A stretch of DNA of 63,925 bases, counting the filler, from Octopus bimaculoides (Eukaryota): assembly GCF_001194135.2 (NCBI RefSeq). It is 6 parts of 6 records of this genome, joined end to end, with 100 filler letters (N's around TTAATTAATTAA, not from the genome) between each part and the next. Parts side by side here need not be neighbours in the genome. Positions count along the whole stretch, not along the records: positions 1 to 31,351 come from NC_068998.1; positions 31,452 to 55,187 come from NC_068992.1; 4 more parts are not named here. One strand, written 5' to 3'. Below, piece after piece: positions 24,271-35,972 of the stretch (position 1 is its first letter; every line of letters starts with the position of its first letter). The notes beneath the pieces were generated by a model. The model did no database searches. It saw only the letters and a program-made list of their open reading frames with translations, and was not told the DNA's origin. The position numbers were made by a program, and so were the translations under genes.

Positions 24271-24352
24271 CAAACAGCACGGCTAGGAATCGAACCTACA
24301 ACCCTACGATCGTGAGCCGCATGCCCTAACCATTAATCTCACGCCTGCACAC
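24271..24352 (-). mobile_element. tRNA-like SINE head (family C type)
   Basis: Minus strand GTGCAGGCGTGAGATTAATGGTTAGGGCATGCGG...GTAGGTTCGATTCCTAGCC, homologous to the 28646 copy. Confidence 0.7.
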
Positions 24353-24696
24353 AGACCAATGGTGGAAGCATTGTTTATGGCAGTGGGGTAGTGATGGTAA
24401 CTATGGCGGTGGTTGTGGTGGTGATGGTGGAGAATTGCCTATGGTGGTGGTGGTGGTGGTGGTTGTAGTAGTAGTTGTTGCGGTGATGAGGGGGTGATGT
24501 AGTTGTGGTGGTAGTGTTAATGAAGTAGGTGAATGACGTCATAGAGCGACAGCATTAGTGATTGTTTCTGATTAGCGATGGAATTGGTCGATGTGATGAA
24601 CATAGATGGTGACTTACAATCATTTCTGCTTGGTCGGTTATCGGGAATTCTTTGAGACAAAGCCAGAACTTTCCAGAAACAGACACAGACTTTTAT

Positions 24697-24751
<55 letters not shown>

Positions 24752-24976
24752 GTATATATATATAAACATACATACACATATGTATATAATATGATACATA
24801 CATATATACAAACAAACATACATACGCATGTGTGTGTATATGTGTGTGTATATGTGGGTATGTGTGTGCGCATGAGAAAAAGGAAAGAGAGACAGAAGTG
24901 GTCGAAAGAACAATTCTTATTAGTCTATATATTTAGAGCAATATCCAGTCTCTGTTTGTCTGTTTGTCTATCACTC

Positions 24977-25085
<109 letters not shown>

Positions 25086-25101
25086 CTGCGTATGTGTGTA
25101 C

Positions 25102-25136
<35 letters not shown>

Positions 25137-25510
25137 CATATATTTCTATATATATACATATGTATATTTACATACATATATATATTACATACATATAGAT
25201 ACACACACACACATACTCATATAATGTGATGTCTGTCGATTCCGTTAATCGAGTCTAGCTTTTCCGAACACCAACTGACAGAGAACATCTACACGGGTAC
25301 TAAACTAGTTGAAACTAACAACACACATCGCATAAGTAATACTCGAAAAGACGTTAACTCAGAATTATTTGGCGATTTCTGTGATATTTACAATTTAACT
25401 AATGTTATAAACAAACAACATAAAATGTGTAAATAAAGATAAATTATTTTAATCGATGAATGCAAAGTCATTTGCCTATAGAAATTTTAAAATAAGCAAT
25501 AGTTATTTGA

Positions 25511-25845
25511 AGGTGCATAGTTCAGTGGTAAGAGGGTCAGGATCACAATCATGAGATGGTGAGTTCGATTCTCGGACCGAGTTGTAAGTTGTGTTCTTGA
25601 GCAAGATACTTTATTTCACATTTCTCCAGTTCACTTAGCTGTAGAAATGGGTTGCAGCAGTCATTGGTGCCAAGCTGTATCAACCTTTGCTTTTCCCTTA
25701 GACAACATCGGAGCGGGGAGGCTGGTATGCATGGGTGACTGCTGGTTTCCCATAAACGACCTTGCTCGCACTTGTGCCTCGGAGGGTAACTTTCTTGATA
25801 CAATTCCATAGTCATTCATGACCGAAGTGGGGGGGGGGTCTTTAT
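25511..25845 (+). mobile_element. tRNA-derived CORE-like SINE with long distinct tail
   Basis: A box TAGTTCAGTGG, B box GAGTTCGATTC, CORE-like TTGTGTTCTTGAGCAAGATACTTTATTTCAC...CTCCAGTTCACTTAGCTGTAGAAATGGG. Confidence 0.8.
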
Positions 25846-27254
25846 TTAAGCAAGTCATATACAAATTTGATTCAGAACCAGTGATAAAAAATTTTTATAG
25901 AGTAAACTAGCTGGCTTGGATCTCCGTCGGTTACGGCAACGCGTATATAGGTTATTTTTCACAGGAATTTTCAATGGCCGGATAATTAAAAGATGTTGGC
26001 GTGGGTTCCCACCCTGGCATCCGAAACTCGGAATTTTATCATGGCTACCGAATAAGTGTCACATAATTTTACAGATAAATTCCTCTATTTACATAATATC
26101 GAGGTCTCTTTTCTTTCTTTTGTTGTCCTTTCTATCANNNNNNNNNNNNNNNNNNNNNNNNNNNNNNNNNNNNNNNNNNNNNNNNNNNNNNNNNNNNNNN
26201 NNNNNNNNNNNNNNNNNNNNNNNNNNNNNNNNNNNNNNNNNNNNNNNNNNNNNNNNNNNNNNNNNNNNNNNNNNNNNNNNNNNNNNNNNNNNNNNNNNNN
26301 NNNNNNNNNNNNNNNNNNNNNNNNNNNNNNNNNNNNNNNNNNNNNNNNNNNNNNNNNNNNNNNNNNNNNNNNNNNNNNNNNNNNNNNNNNNNNNNNNNNN
26401 NNNNNNNNNNNNNNNNNNNNNNNNNNNNNNNNNNNNNNNNNNNNNNNNNNNNNNNNNNNNNNNNNNNNNNNNNNNNNNNNNNNNNNNNNNNNNNNNNNNN
26501 NNNNNNNNNNNNNNNNNNNNNNNNNNNNNNNNNNNNNNNNNNNNNNNNNNNNNNNNNNNNNNNNNNNNNNNNNNNNNNNNNNNNNNNNNNNNNNNNNNNN
26601 NNNNNNNNNNNNNNNNNNNNNNNNNNNNNNNNNNNNNNNNNNNNNNNNNTGTTCGGAAGTGGCATGAGGAAGCTGGGGTGGTCTTGTTAGAGACTGGTTG
26701 ACCATTCTTAATTTATAAAGTTGATACAAAGGAAGGCTAGAAACACCCGTGGCGTTTTGCCCTCTACTTTGGCACAAAGAATTGGTCAGAATAAGTATAT
26801 ATATATATATATATATATGTATCGCGGGGTTTCAGATTGCATTTCCTTATTAATTAGTTTGAGAAACGTGAAATTTAATTAATAAGGAATTCGTTGACAT
26901 AACGTTCATGTACGCAGGCGTATATATATATATATATATTTTTTTTTTCGTGCACGAACGTACACAAATATGTACACTCACGTATTCATTCACATTTATA
27001 TATGCGTTCGCATTTATTCAATTTATTCATACTCACATACATACACAGACATACGCACACACATATACACGCATATATATATATAAATATATATATATAC
27101 CCACACACACATACACACATACACATGCATATATACACCCTCCCCACATATATACAATATATACAAGAATAATACACTAGTGTGTGAGAGAGTAGGTACT
27201 TGTGTGTGTGTGCGTGTGTGAGTATGTGTATTGTGTGTGTGTTGTATGTGCGTG

Positions 27255-27310
<56 letters not shown>

Positions 27311-28645
27311 NNNNNNNNNNNNNNNNNNNNNNNNNNNNNNNNNNNNNNNNNNNNNNNNNNNNNNNNNNNNNNNNNNNNNNNNNNNNNNNNNNNNNNNNNN
27401 NNNNNNNNNNNNNNNNNNNNNNNNNNNNNNNNNNNNNNNNNNNNNNNNNNNNNNNNNNNNNNNNNNNNNNNNNNNNNNNNNNNNNNNNNNNNNNNNNNNN
27501 NNNNNNNNNNNNNNNNNNNNNNNNNNNNNNNNNNNNNNNNNNNNNNNNNNNNNNNNNNNNNNNNNNNNNNNNNNNNNNNNNNNNNNNNNNNNNNNNNNNN
27601 NNNNNNNNNNNNNNNNNNNNNNNNNNNNNNNNNNNNNNNNNNNNNNNNNNNNNNNNNNNNNNNNNNNNNNNNNNNNNNNNNNNNNNNNNNNNNNNNNNNN
27701 NNNNNNNNNNNNNNNNNNNNNNNNNNNNNNNNNNNNNNNNNNNNNNNNNNNNNNNNNNNNNNNNNNNNNNNNNNNNNNNNNNNNNNNNNNNNNNNNNNNN
27801 NNNNNNNNNNNNNNNNNNNNNNNNNNNNNNNNNNNNNNNNNNNNNNNNNNNNNNNNNNNNNNNNNNNNNNNNNNNNNNNNNNNNNNNNNNNNNNNNNNNN
27901 NNNNNNNNNNNNNNNNNNNNNNNNNNNNNNNNNNNNNNNNNNNNNNNNNNNNNNNNNNNNNNNNNNNNNNNNNNNNNNNNNNNNNNNNNNNNNNNNNNNN
28001 NTTTAAACGACTTCTTTAAACAACAAGCAGCGATAAAGCATTCAAGTGTCTGTTATAAACAAACATTTAACATTTACATATATTATCAATAAATCTAGAA
28101 CGATTGTAACAATCTGTAATCCACCATAACGACTTCAATCTAAATGGAGATTACTATTCGGACACTTAACTTTATCTCTGTATGTAGCGCATATATCCAT
28201 ATATACACACACTCAAGCCGTCGAGTACAGACGCTCACATTCATGTACAAACAAGATACTCACGGACACATATACACGTAACCGACATTTGTAATTTTAC
28301 TTCTTTCAGTAATTCAACAGTGGCTCTTCTGTAGGACATTAGCCTGAGCGCTATCTCCATTTTAACATTTTCAACGTGTGGTTTACCAACAATCACAGCC
28401 TTGTTTGAGACCAAAGACTCAAGGACCATCAATACTTGCTTTCGTGAAAATGCAACTACTGTTTTCTCAGTGAAAATAAAACGTCTATAGGAAACATTTA
28501 ACAGCATTTTAGTGGAGAAAATATGTGCTGATGGTATCGGCTGCAATATAACGTGTATCGATGTGGAATACACATCGTGGTTGTTCTTTTATACAGACCT
28601 GCTTTATATAGACGTGTTATATAGACCTGTTACATTGACCTGTTA

Positions 28646-28791
28646 GTGGAGGCGCAATGGCCCAGTGGTTAGGGCAGCGGACTCGCGGTTGTAGGATCGC
28701 AGTTTCGATTCCCAGACCGGGCGTTGTGAATATTTTTGAGCGAAAACACATGAAGCTCCACGAGACTCCGACAGGGGATGGTAGCGAACCC
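28646..28791 (+). mobile_element. tRNA-derived SINE family C, 5' portion
   Basis: GTGGAGGCGCAATGGCCCAGTGGTTAGGGCAGCGG...GTTTCGATTCCCAGACCGGGCGTTGTG...GAGCGAAAACAC. Confidence 0.85.
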
Positions 28792-29376
28792 GGATGTAGG
28801 ACCAATTTGACGAAAAATGAGCAGTCTGGTAGCGAACCCGTGTCGTCATCATTTTTGTGCAGATGCGTAAAATGGCGAAATTTTACGCTTTGGGGCAGAT
28901 TTCGTTAAACTGATATCACGACAGCTAGTGCACAAAATGCATAAATTTTGCTTGAGAATTAAAATGGTCTTACCTAATCAAGACCTAAAACGCTGGGGAA
29001 TTAAAACAACGAATTGAAATAATAAGTTTTAGCCGATCAAAACAATTCGCATTGAAATGAAGAATTAGCAAATACTAAATAGATTACCGTTAATAAACTG
29101 TCTGTCTATACCCATGAAACATTTTTCGTTAAATTTCGGCATTTTCCGTCAAATTGGTGTCACGATGGCCTGTGCGAAAAATGCCGAAATTTTACGATTT
29201 TTGAAAAATCGTTGTTGATTAAAAATCGATTTTTTTAAAATTCCAAGTGCGTGAGTGACCGCAGGGGCATAAGCCCCTCACACGTGTCAAGTTTCATCAA
29301 GGTCTGTTGGATAGTCTCGAAGGAGTTAAATTAACAAATTCACAAACACACAAACTTGCTATTTATTATTATAGAT
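28792..29376 (+). mobile_element. Non-autonomous Helitron/Helentron-like element (tentative)
   Basis: 3' end AAGTTTCATCAAGG...ACAAACACACAAACTTGCTATTTATTATTATAGAT|T. Internal hairpin 29131-29193. Inverted pair CAATTTGACG(A/G)AAAATG at 28803 and 29140. Confidence 0.4.
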
Positions 29377-29556
29377 TAATAGGAAGAAGTAATGTCTGTC
29401 GCCACTTCAACATGGCTGTTGAACCGACGTTACTATCACGGAACAGCCATGTTGAAGTGGCGACAGACATTACTTCTCAGTATAGTCACTACTTTCATCT
29501 CTCATAGAGATTTCCTAACTGGTTACTTTGTTTGTTAAATATTATTAGAAATTGTA

Positions 29557-29683
29557 CAAGGTGTCCACAAAGTCTGCGTACATGGGGATTAACACATACT
29601 TTAAGAAATTATTATTTCTTATATTTAATTGTTTATGTTACTATTTTATTTACTCCATGTACCCAGACTTTGTGGACGCCCTG
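29557..29683. mobile_element. Tc1/mariner-type MITE, 127 bp, TA TSD
   Basis: TIRs CAAGGTGTCCACAAAGTCTGCGTACATGG and CCATGTACCCAGACTTTGTGGACGCCCTG, both flanked by TA. Confidence 0.85.
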
Positions 29684-29730
29684 TATATAAAAAGAATTGT
29701 TGAAATATTTTGTCTATTGTAGAAGTAAAA

Positions 29731-29992
29731 GTGTGGAGGCACGTGGCTTGGTGGTTAGAGTGTCAGCACCATGATCGTAAGGTTGCGGTTTCGGTTCCTG
29801 GACCGGGCGACGCGTTGTGTTCTTGAGCAAAACACTTCATTTCACGTTGCTCCAGTCCACTCAGCTAGCAAAAATGAGTAACGCTGCGATGGACTGGCAT
29901 CCCGTCCAGGTGGGGAACGCATACGCCATTGAAACCGGGAAACCGGGCCCATGAGCCTGGCTAGGCTTTAAAAAGGACGCAAGAAGAAGAAG
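29731..29992 (+). mobile_element. Full-length tRNA-derived CORE-like SINE
   Basis: A box TGGCTTGGTGG, B-box-like GGTTTCGGTTCC, CORE-like TTGTGTTCTTGAGCAAAACACTTCATTTCACGTTGCTCCAGTCCACTCAGCT, tail GAAACCGGGAAACCGGGCCCATGAGCC, (AAG)n end. Confidence 0.9.
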
Positions 29993-30409
29993 ACGTATAA
30001 GTATCTTATTTCAAATTAATTTATACAACAAAATCTTATATGGACCCCCCGAGGGNNNNNNNNNNNNNNNNNNNNNNNNNNNNNNNNNNNNNNNNNNNNN
30101 NNNNNNNNNNNNNNNNNNNNNNNNNNNNNNNNNNNNNNNNNNNNNNNNNNNNNNNNNNNNNNNNNNNNNNNNNNNNNNNNNNNNNNNNNNNNNNNNNNNN
30201 NNNNNNNGCTCGTGGACATTGCCCTCCCCCCCCTTTCTCTCTCTCTTCCCGCCACTACCACCACCCATTCTGCTTGACCGAAGCCATATGATAACATGTC
30301 AAAACGAGGCCAATATATTGATATCATAAATTTTATAATCTCGAGGTTAGGAAAACTGCTATCAGCATCCTTTATTGATAAACGCCACCCATCTCACCAC
30401 ACGTGTCTC

Positions 30410-31140
30410 TCTCTCTGTTTTTCTTTCTATCTCGCTATCTTTTTCTCCATCTTTCGCTCTCTCTTTTCTTCTTTCTTTGTATTTTCTCTCTCCTCGTTCT
30501 TTCCTTTTCTACAACGACCTCTCTCTCTCTCTCTCTTACACAGTCTCTCTTTATCTCTCTCTTTATCTTTCTATTCCGCTTTCTCTTTCTTTCGCTATCT
30601 CTCGCTCTCTCTTTTCTTCTCTCTTTGTATTTTACTCTCTTTCTCTTTCTCCAACGATTCCCTCTCTCTCTCTTTCTCTCTCTCTTTCTCTATTTGTCTT
30701 TCTTTCTATCTCGCTATTTCTTTCGCTCTCTTTCGCTCTGTCTTTCATTTTTTTCTTTGTATTTTTCTCGCTTCGCTCTTTCCTTTTTGACTACAACTTC
30801 CCTCTCTCTCCCTCTCTCTCTCTCTCTCACATACACACACAAACACACACACACATACATGCACACACACATAATCCCTCTCTCATTCTCCCCTCATCTT
30901 GCTTTCTCTTTCTTTCGCTTTTTTCTTCGTATTTTACTTTCTCCTCTCTTTCTCTTCCTAAAACAATCTCTCTCTCTCTCTCCCTCTCTCTCTTACACAG
31001 TGTTTCCCTTTGCGTTTCTTTCTATCTCACTTTCTCTTTTACGCCATCTTTCGCTCTCTCTTATCTTTCTTTGTATTTCATCTCTCTTCGCTCTTTCTAC
31101 TACAACTTCTCCGTCTCCCCTCTGTCTGTCTCTCTCTCTT
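30410..31140. repeat. Degenerate CT-rich minisatellite, ~140-bp unit, ~4 copies
   Basis: TTTCTTTCTATCTC(G/A)CT...TCTTTCGCTCTCT...TTTGTATTT...TACAAC recurs at about 30420, 30565, 30700 and 31015. Confidence 0.75.
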
Positions 31141-31351
31141 TTTCTCATTTTTTTTCTATTTCTCCTTGTCTTTCTTTTCTTTCTTGGATTATTTTCGCTA
31201 TTTTCGTCTTCGGTACACTTGGTTTTTGTTGTTTTATTTTCGTTGTTGCGAGTGCGTAGGTGGTGAGTGGAGATGGTAGGGGTAAGCATTTTACGCTTCT
31301 TCTTCTTCTTCTTCTTCTTCTTCTTCTTCTTCTTCTTCTTCTTCTTCTTCT

Positions 31352-31451
31352 NNNNNNNNNNNNNNNNNNNNNNNNNNNNNNNNNNNNNNNNNNNNTTAAT
31401 TAATTAANNNNNNNNNNNNNNNNNNNNNNNNNNNNNNNNNNNNNNNNNNNN
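31352..31451. other. Assembly spacer N44-TTAATTAATTAA-N44 (12-mer also at 55232, 58231, 60463, 62380)
   Basis: Identical palindromic 12-mer with TAA stops in all six frames, centred in N blocks; the block measured here is exactly 100 nt. Confidence 0.9.
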
Positions 31452-31486
<35 letters not shown>

Positions 31487-31619
31487 GTACAGGACGTCAC
31501 CAACTGTGTAAACGACATGAAGTACGAAAACAAACGAGTTAAATACGCAAACAATGAAAGAATAAAGTGGTAAACAGGACAAGTAACACAGAGAACGACC
31601 CTTCATCAGTTGTCGGCTG

Positions 31620-31657
<38 letters not shown>

Positions 31658-32197
31658 TGTGTTGTGTGTGTATGTGTTTGTCACCCACCCGCTTAATATG
31701 TAGTGTTGGTTAAACCCCTGGTCAACCCGGAGCCAAATCATGATCAAAGATATTCCAGCTATCGCTATCCTATCTCCTATCACTACTTATGATTACTTTA
31801 TCTGTTGCATTCTTTTCTAGTGGAGCGCCATTTGGAAGAGATTTGGCTGGTGTTTTTGCAGTTCGATTTTCTAAAAGACTCAGTGGTATGGATTCGCAAA
31901 TTAAGTTAAAGAACGATATTCAGAATGGTGTACATGTATTAGTTCTGAACTTTTTGAAATAGATGTTCTCTTTCACATTTCATTTGTGTGTTTATGTCAT
32001 TTTTCAGCTTATTTCAAGATTTCTTACCAATAGAAAAAGAACCGGTTTCTAAGCTAGATCCAAGGCTCCTTCATTGGAATTTCAGCATCAACAACAAGGT
32101 ATGTATGCATGTATGTATATAAGTATGTGCAGATTTGTATGTTTTATGTATGTATTCTCATGCATATAGTTACATATCTAGACATGCTCATATATAT

Positions 32198-32430
32198 TTA
32201 AATGATAAACTTCTGGAAAGTTTTACAGATTTTTACAGTTCCAGTGATGGATTGGATCTGTAGTCTTCGAAATAGCTTTCTCCTTCCTGGTTTTGAGAAG
32301 CCTAATTTCTCAAGATTGATATTTAGGCAGTGTGTTACATATCTCAGGGCCCCAATAATTACAGGTATAAGCCTGAGCTTGTAATCTGGATAGAGTAACT
32401 GCAGATTTCTCAGTAGCACAACATAGGTGT
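32198..32430 (-). mobile_element. R4/Dong-like (R2 superfamily) non-LTR element, RLE C-terminal fragment
   Basis: LIPVIIGALRYVTHCLNINLEKLG...LQIQSITGTVKICKTFQKF matches the post-RLE IPVVIGALG...LQxxxLxGTxxI pattern. Confidence 0.7.
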
Positions 32431-32620
32431 TCTCTTTTTCCCTGATGTATGTATGTATGTATGTATGTATGTATGTATGTATGTANNNNNNNNNNTGTAT
32501 GTATGTATGTATGTATGTATATATATTTATATATGATCAAAAATATGGAAGCGTGGTGTTATATAAAGTTGTTGACTCGAATTTGATGTTTGTTCTCTAA
32601 TCAATGCTTTATATCAATCA

Positions 32621-32662
<42 letters not shown>

Positions 32663-33199
32663 AAATGGATTTCAAATTTTGCCACAAGGCCAGCAATTAG
32701 TGAAATAATAAATTAATCCTATTTTGTTATATACTATTATATTAGTAATTAAATCACGGGTTGAACATCAACATTTACCATTGAAGTGATTTGAAATCAA
32801 TTGTAGAAACATAAGAGATTGTGGTTTAAATCTCCTTAAGTTGTTTCAGCTATTAAACGGATATTAGATAGTTGTGTGTGATTAGTTTAAAACGTGTTCG
32901 GCTGTTAAACATTGTATTAATTATTACATGCAGTCTATAATCACTGACATGATCAGTCCATTAGAAAAACTCACTGAAATGAATCGATTTTATTTTGCAT
33001 TCCCCAGACACGCAGTAGAGCTTCAACATAGTACAGCAAGGTAACAAAACATTTGTGAATTATATAGACCAATTATGGAGTCTATCTGTGGCCGTTTGAT
33101 CTGCTAGAAATAATGACTAAATTTCGCTGAAACTTCATGCCAGTATCTTATGAAAAAAGGAGAATAGCACTTTTGATAATGCACTCCTAGATCTATTTC

Positions 33200-33410
33200 C
33201 TTTACGTTGTATTTGTTTCAATTAATGGACTGTGGCCATGCTAGGCCGCCAGCTTGAAAGATTTTAGTCGAACAAATCAAGTACTTACGATTTTGTAAGA
33301 CTGGTACTTATTCTATCGGCTTATTTTGCAGAACCGCTAAGTAACGGGAACGTAATCAAACCAACACTGGTTGTCAAGCGGTGTGCGTGACAAACATATA
33401 CACAAAGACA
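33200..33410 (-). mobile_element. Module D
   Basis: GGACTGTGGCCATGCTAGG...TTAGTCGAACAAATC...GGTACTTATTCTATCGG...AACCGCTAAGTAACGGG...GGTTGTCAAGCG. Confidence 0.8.
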
Positions 33411-33417
33411 CCCCCCC

Positions 33418-33460
<43 letters not shown>

Positions 33461-33691
33461 CAGGGTGGCCCAAAAGTAAGTTTTACAGTTATCACGTAGG
33501 CATTTAAAAATTCTTTTAAAACATTTTTTTACATTTAAATTTCTATCTTACAAACTTGAAAAGGGAGCTTGACAAAATTCGCACAGGATAATGGTTTCAT
33601 ATATTTTTTTTATAATTAAGATCTAAACTGTTAATATATGAATGCGAAAAAGTTAGTTGAATAATTGTAAACCTACTTTTGGGTCACCCTG
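33461..33691. mobile_element. Tc1/mariner-type MITE, 231 bp, TA TSD
   Basis: TIRs CAGGGTGGCCCAAAAGTAAGTTTTACA and TGTAAACCTACTTTTGGGTCACCCTG, set in TA context. Confidence 0.85.
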
Positions 33692-34104
33692 TATATACAT
33701 ATTATATATCATGTTAATTTGCAAATTAAAGTTCGAAATCATGGTCCGGTAACAAAATATGGAAAATGTTTTTATTTTTCATTCCCTTCCAAATTACCCC
33801 TAACCGTAGTTAGGAGTTTGACTGGTCCTTATAGCATGTTACGTGTCCTATCAGGGCACCTCTTATGTGTTTAAATGTACACTAATTTTATATGAATAAT
33901 ATATAGTCTATTGACTATTTTCTGCATGTTAGGCCACAGCTAGAAAAAATTCTAAAATTTTCCTACTCTGTGTATTTTCCATATATNNNNNNNNNNNNNN
34001 NNNNNNNNNNNNNNNNNNNNNNNNNNNNNNNNNNNNNNNNNNNNNNNNNNNNNNNNNNNNNNNNNNNNNNNNNNNNNNNNNNNNNNNNNNNNNNNNNNNN
34101 NNNN

Positions 34105-34137
<33 letters not shown>

Positions 34138-34141
<4 letters not shown>

Positions 34142-34245
34142 GACGAGCTTCTTTCTGTTTTCGTCTACCAAATCCGGGACTGAACACGGAATCATGTTGT
34201 TAGGAAACGAACTTCTTGCCACACAGTCACTCCAGTACCATACAT
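34138..34245 (-). mobile_element. SINE family A with internal deletion
   Basis: ...GTCTACCAAATCC joins directly to GGGACTGAACACGG. About 70 bp of the CORE-like segment is missing relative to the 41923 copy. Confidence 0.7.
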
Positions 34246-34554
34246 ATTTGTATACACACATATGTAATACGTTTTAAAAATACACCAGGAATATACCTCC
34301 AAAGTAGAAATTTAGATAAAGTGGTTAACAAACATAAGTTTTGTGCGATATAATATGTATGTAGCGACAAGTGGATTAAAATAATTGAATGCACATATAT
34401 ACATACCTACAGATTGACACTCAAACATACACACTCACACACACTCACACACACATGCAGGCATGCCCATACACATGCACGCGCACACACAGACTCACAC
34501 ACAAACACACACACACGCATATATGATGTAAGAAATATACAACAAAGACAAGGT

Positions 34555-34700
34555 AAAACAAAGGAACGCAGAGTGTATTAGGTTTACGTTCAGGAAATGG
34601 GGAAAAGAAAAGGAAGGTAAGTTTTTACGTTTCGAGTATACAGTCTTCTTTCGAAAGAAAATATAGACAAATAGAAACAAGGAAATGGAGAAAGAAAATG
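34555..34700 (-). repeat. Dispersed repeat with hammerhead-like 3' half (second copy ~47520-47640); possibly Penelope terminal-repeat derived
   Basis: Both share GTGTATTAG.TT.ACG.TC.GGAAA...TTTT.C(G/A)TTTCG. The minus strand at 34624-34635 reads CGAAACGTAAAA. Confidence 0.4.
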
Positions 34701-34815
34701 GAGACAAAGAGCGCACATGTCACGAGTATATAGCACTTTATGTTTAAATACCTTCGTAAGGCATTAAGACATCTCTCCCGAGATGCTTCTGCATTATGTG
34801 TGTGTGTGTGTGTGC

Positions 34816-34848
<33 letters not shown>

Positions 34849-35026
34849 CGTGTGTGTGATGGGTTTTATTCTGCTAAATAGATTTTAGGCATAAGGTATT
34901 TTATATATCAATACTCTGGGATAGTATTTATTGTTTTCTATATTTCCATGGACTTTTCTAAAAAAGTAATATTTTGAACAATAAATATTTTTTTACCATG
35001 AGAAATATTTTTTCAGCAATTCGCAC

Positions 35027-35088
<62 letters not shown>

Positions 35089-35941
35089 ACACACACAGAG
35101 ATTATACCAACCCCACGCACATGTGTAAGAATATCCAGCACCGTATATTTAAGTAATTCTATTGTCTTAAGTATATTTCAATTCCTTCACCACCTCTATG
35201 AATTATTTACAAGTTATCCCTGTGATTTAAGCATAAATCTGAGATAGATTTAAACACGAGTATTTCTGTATTCCTAGTATTTCATATCCCTGTCACACAA
35301 CCAGAAATTTTGCTGCACATAAACGAATTCAAACCTTTTATTGGAACCATTTTACACATATCAGAATTATATTGCTTACACAACAACAGCAGCAGCAGCA
35401 GCAACAACAACAACAATAGCAACAATGATATATACAACTAATATAACCACAAAAAAATCAAGGTAATAAAAATACATGAATGTCGCAACAAGTACAATAG
35501 CTAAAACATACATTATGATACTTAAACGGTGTGATATGCAGCTTTTACTTTCTATTGTGAGAGAAATGGAACGAAGAATTGTATTAACTTTACAGAAAAG
35601 AAACTGAAAACAAAAGAAAAACAGCCTGAAATAATATTATTTGTGAAAGAGGAAGTAAGCAGAGTGTTTGGCTTACGGACACAATGAAATGAAGAATTGA
35701 GAATATTAAAACCTTTCAAAGTTAACATTTCCGTTATTAGTTAAAAGTAGTCCTTTTACTTGCATAAGCGTTCACATACATATACAAGCACGCAGATACA
35801 AACACACATACAGACATATATACAGACATATATACACAGACATATGTACACATAGACATATACACATACGCTGACATATGCCAGGACAGACACAGGCAAA
35901 TAAATATATATTTATTACACACACACACAGACGTATGTATG

Positions 35942-35972
<31 letters not shown>

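Larger units (their letters stand above)
29525..30055. mobile_element. Fragment of a hAT MITE hosting two nested insertions
   Basis: With the inserts removed, AAATTGTT.AAATA.TT.GT.TATTGTAGAA...ACAAAA.CTTA.ATGG matches the interior of the 38244-39285 element. Confidence 0.5.

Noticed and set aside
28241-28573. 110-aa minus-strand ORF with an overlapping open plus-strand frame
   Set aside because: No motif recognised and no convincing splice or start context.
28646-28720. tRNA-like cloverleaf starts (also 25511, 29731, 41923) as tRNA genes
   Set aside because: They continue into multi-copy SINE bodies and lack a proper acceptor stem and terminator.
32008-32098. Strong-looking acceptor/donor pair around LFQDFLPIEKEPVSKLDPRLLHWNFSINNK
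   Set aside because: The donor is supplied by the start of a (GTAT)n tract, the sequence looks to me like part of a dispersed repeat, and there is no homology.
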